This document shows positions 55,504 to 56,799 of a stretch of 56,799 bases of DNA, one piece after another; the first letter of the stretch is position 1; each line of letters starts with the position of its first letter. The translations under genes and the position numbers were made by a program. Source of the stretch: Candidatus Iainarchaeum sp. (GTDB lineage: Archaea; B1Sed10-29; WALL01); NCBI GenBank assembly GCA_021162685.1, contig JAGGYF010000027.1:1-56799 (forward strand), in the 5' to 3' direction. The notes under the pieces are model-generated. The model ran no database searches. It had not been told where the DNA came from and saw only the letters and a list, made by a program, of their open reading frames with translations.

Positions 55504-56799
55504 ATGTATATGCCGCACACAGATTATCTAAGGGTTATGGCAAAGGGAAGTATAATAGCATTTATAGGTATTGTTTTTTCTAGACTATCAGCATTCTTAT
55601 TGAAACTTTTTCTAGCAAGGAACCTAACTATATCAGAGTTTGGTTTGTTTTACCTAGCAATGGCCATCATCAATTCAGTTCTTTTATTCGGTATTGGTGG
55701 GTTTCCACAAGGGCTTTTGAGGTTTATTTCATTTTATAGCGGCAAAAGAGATCTAAATAGCCTAAAAGGGACGTTTGTTGGAGGCATGAAAATTATAATT
55801 CTTCTTTCAGTCATTTTCTTGATAACAATAGTAATGTTTTCCAAATGGTTAAGTCAGAACATATTTGATATGCCTTCTCTTGCCCCCGTCTTAATAATAC
55901 TTGCCCTATCTTTACCTCTTAACGGAACCTTTTTGGCCATTATGGAAACTTTTACTGCACTTAAAAAGCTAAAATTCGTCACCTACTTTGATGGCATTCT
56001 CCTAAGAAGCTTACAAATAATTTTTGTCATAGTGTTTGTATACCTTGGGTTTGGGATAATTGGAGTGGCGATCTCAGTATTACTTTCTTTCATTTTTGTA
56101 TTAATAATTTCGATTGTGGCATTAAAGAGAGAGGCACCCTATTTGTTTGAGAGGAAAATTAAACCCCAGTTTCATACTAAGGAATACATCTACTATTCAT
56201 TGCCTTTATTTATGGCAACTAGTTTAGTTGCGATCTCTGAACGACTTGATATCTTTATGATAGGGTTATTTAGGAATAATACTGATGTGGCATTATATAC
56301 CATTGCCCTTTCAATAACTGCTTTCATCCCTATATTTTTGGTCTCCTTGGGAAAAATTTTTGCCCCACACGCATCTGAATTATTTGCTAAAGGTGATTTG
56401 GAGGGGTTGAATACATTGTATAAATCCATTACTAGATGGCTAGTGATTATAATATTGCCTCTTTCCAGCTTACTATTTTGGTTTTCTAAGGATGTACTTA
56501 TCTTTCTTTTTGGTACACCATATGCAAATGCATCTTCTGCTCTAAGGATACTTATAGTGGGGTATTCCCTCCCCTCTCTTATGGGTGGCGTGAATACCTT
56601 GCTATTAATGTCTGGTAGATCCAAGCTTACACTACTAAACAATTTTCTTGGATTGATCAGTAATTTTGTACTTAATCTTCTACTTATCCCTATGTGGGGG
56701 ATAGCCGGAGCAGCCATTGCCACATCATTTTCTATGGTGTTTGTGAATTTATTGGGCCTATTTCAACTAAAACGATTCTTCAATTTAAATCCATTTTCA
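55504..56799 (+). CDS. Wzx/MOP-family polysaccharide flippase, 3'-truncated by the window end; absent from the ORF track
   Basis: I translated 432 consecutive sense codons from the ATG at 55504 (or 55510) to the window end without a stop. The product has multiple TM helices, and PMWGIAGAAIATSFS is typical of MOP flippases. Confidence 0.8.
   Translation, partial: MYMPHTDYLRVMAKGSIIAFIGIVFSRLSAFLLKLFLARNLTISEFGLFYLAMAIINSVLLFGIGGFPQGLLRFISFYSGKRDLNSLKGTFVGGMKIIILLSVIFLITIVMFSKWLSQNIFDMPSLAPVLIILALSLPLNGTFLAIMETFTALKKLKFVTYFDGILLRSLQIIFVIVFVYLGFGIIGVAISVLLSFIFVLIISIVALKREAPYLFERKIKPQFHTKEYIYYSLPLFMATSLVAISERLDIFMIGLFRNNTDVALYTIALSITAFIPIFLVSLGKIFAPHASELFAKGDLEGLNTLYKSITRWLVIIILPLSSLLFWFSKDVLIFLFGTPYANASSALRILIVGYSLPSLMGGVNTLLLMSGRSKLTLLNNFLGLISNFVLNLLLIPMWGIAGAAIATSFSMVFVNLLGLFQLKRFFNLNPFS

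Noticed and set aside
56193-56723. 176-aa minus-strand ORF from the track
   Set aside because: The plus strand is open for 432 codons from 55504 to the window end and encodes an obvious multi-TM MOP/Wzx flippase. The track probably omitted it because it has no stop in the window. The minus-strand ORF is its shadow.

Overview
The window is AT-rich and very gene-dense, with about 65 protein genes. Many junctions are 4-nt ATGA start/stop overlaps, several starts are preceded by GGTGA-type Shine-Dalgarno boxes, and TATA-like boxes sit about 25-35 nt upstream of some starts. No rRNA, tRNA, CRISPR array, transposase or integrase was found. The gene content reads as archaeal, probably a small-genome or DPANN-like lineage: deoxyhypusine synthase, geranylgeranyl reductase, indolepyruvate:ferredoxin oxidoreductase, a PAC2-family protein and more than ten class-III (prepilin-type) signal-peptide proteins. 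The lineage is inferred, not proven.

Positions 1-29.4 kb are dominated by three type-IV-filament-related loci.
- Locus A (149-8517) holds a battery of cysteine-rich pilin-like genes, a KaiC/ArlH-like ATPase and a polytopic membrane protein. It has no assembly ATPase and no platform protein.
- Locus B (19223->10041, minus strand) has no pilin gene. It encodes a secretion ATPase with an N-terminal 16-Cys poly-[4Fe-4S] module, two single-domain T2SSF platform proteins, a PAC2-family protein, a small membrane protein and a 1,508-aa membrane-anchored giant protein of unrecognised family. I rank this as the best candidate for an undescribed system.
- Locus C (29448->19866, minus strand) is a complete nine-gene Epd/Tad-like pilus operon that ends in a 799-aa double-LamG lectin-like protein.

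Positions 29.6-56.8 kb carry glycan and lipid-carrier genes (GT2, UPP synthase, PMM/PGM, two sugar nucleotidyltransferases, GT4, a Wzx-like flippase) and carbamate kinase plus ornithine carbamoyltransferase. They also carry iorAB, a convergent SAH/MTA-purine salvage cluster (PfkB kinase, AhcY-like hydrolase, MtaD/DadD-like deaminase, MTAP, HAD, PRTase), folD and two GNATs. Interspersed defence/TA modules are an AbiEi/AbiEii pair, a low-GC-looking two-methylase restriction-modification cassette with a small RHH gene, a wHTH-MNT/HEPN pair with tandem operator-like repeats, and a COG1373-type AAA ATPase.

All family assignments come from motif recognition by eye. No searches were run.
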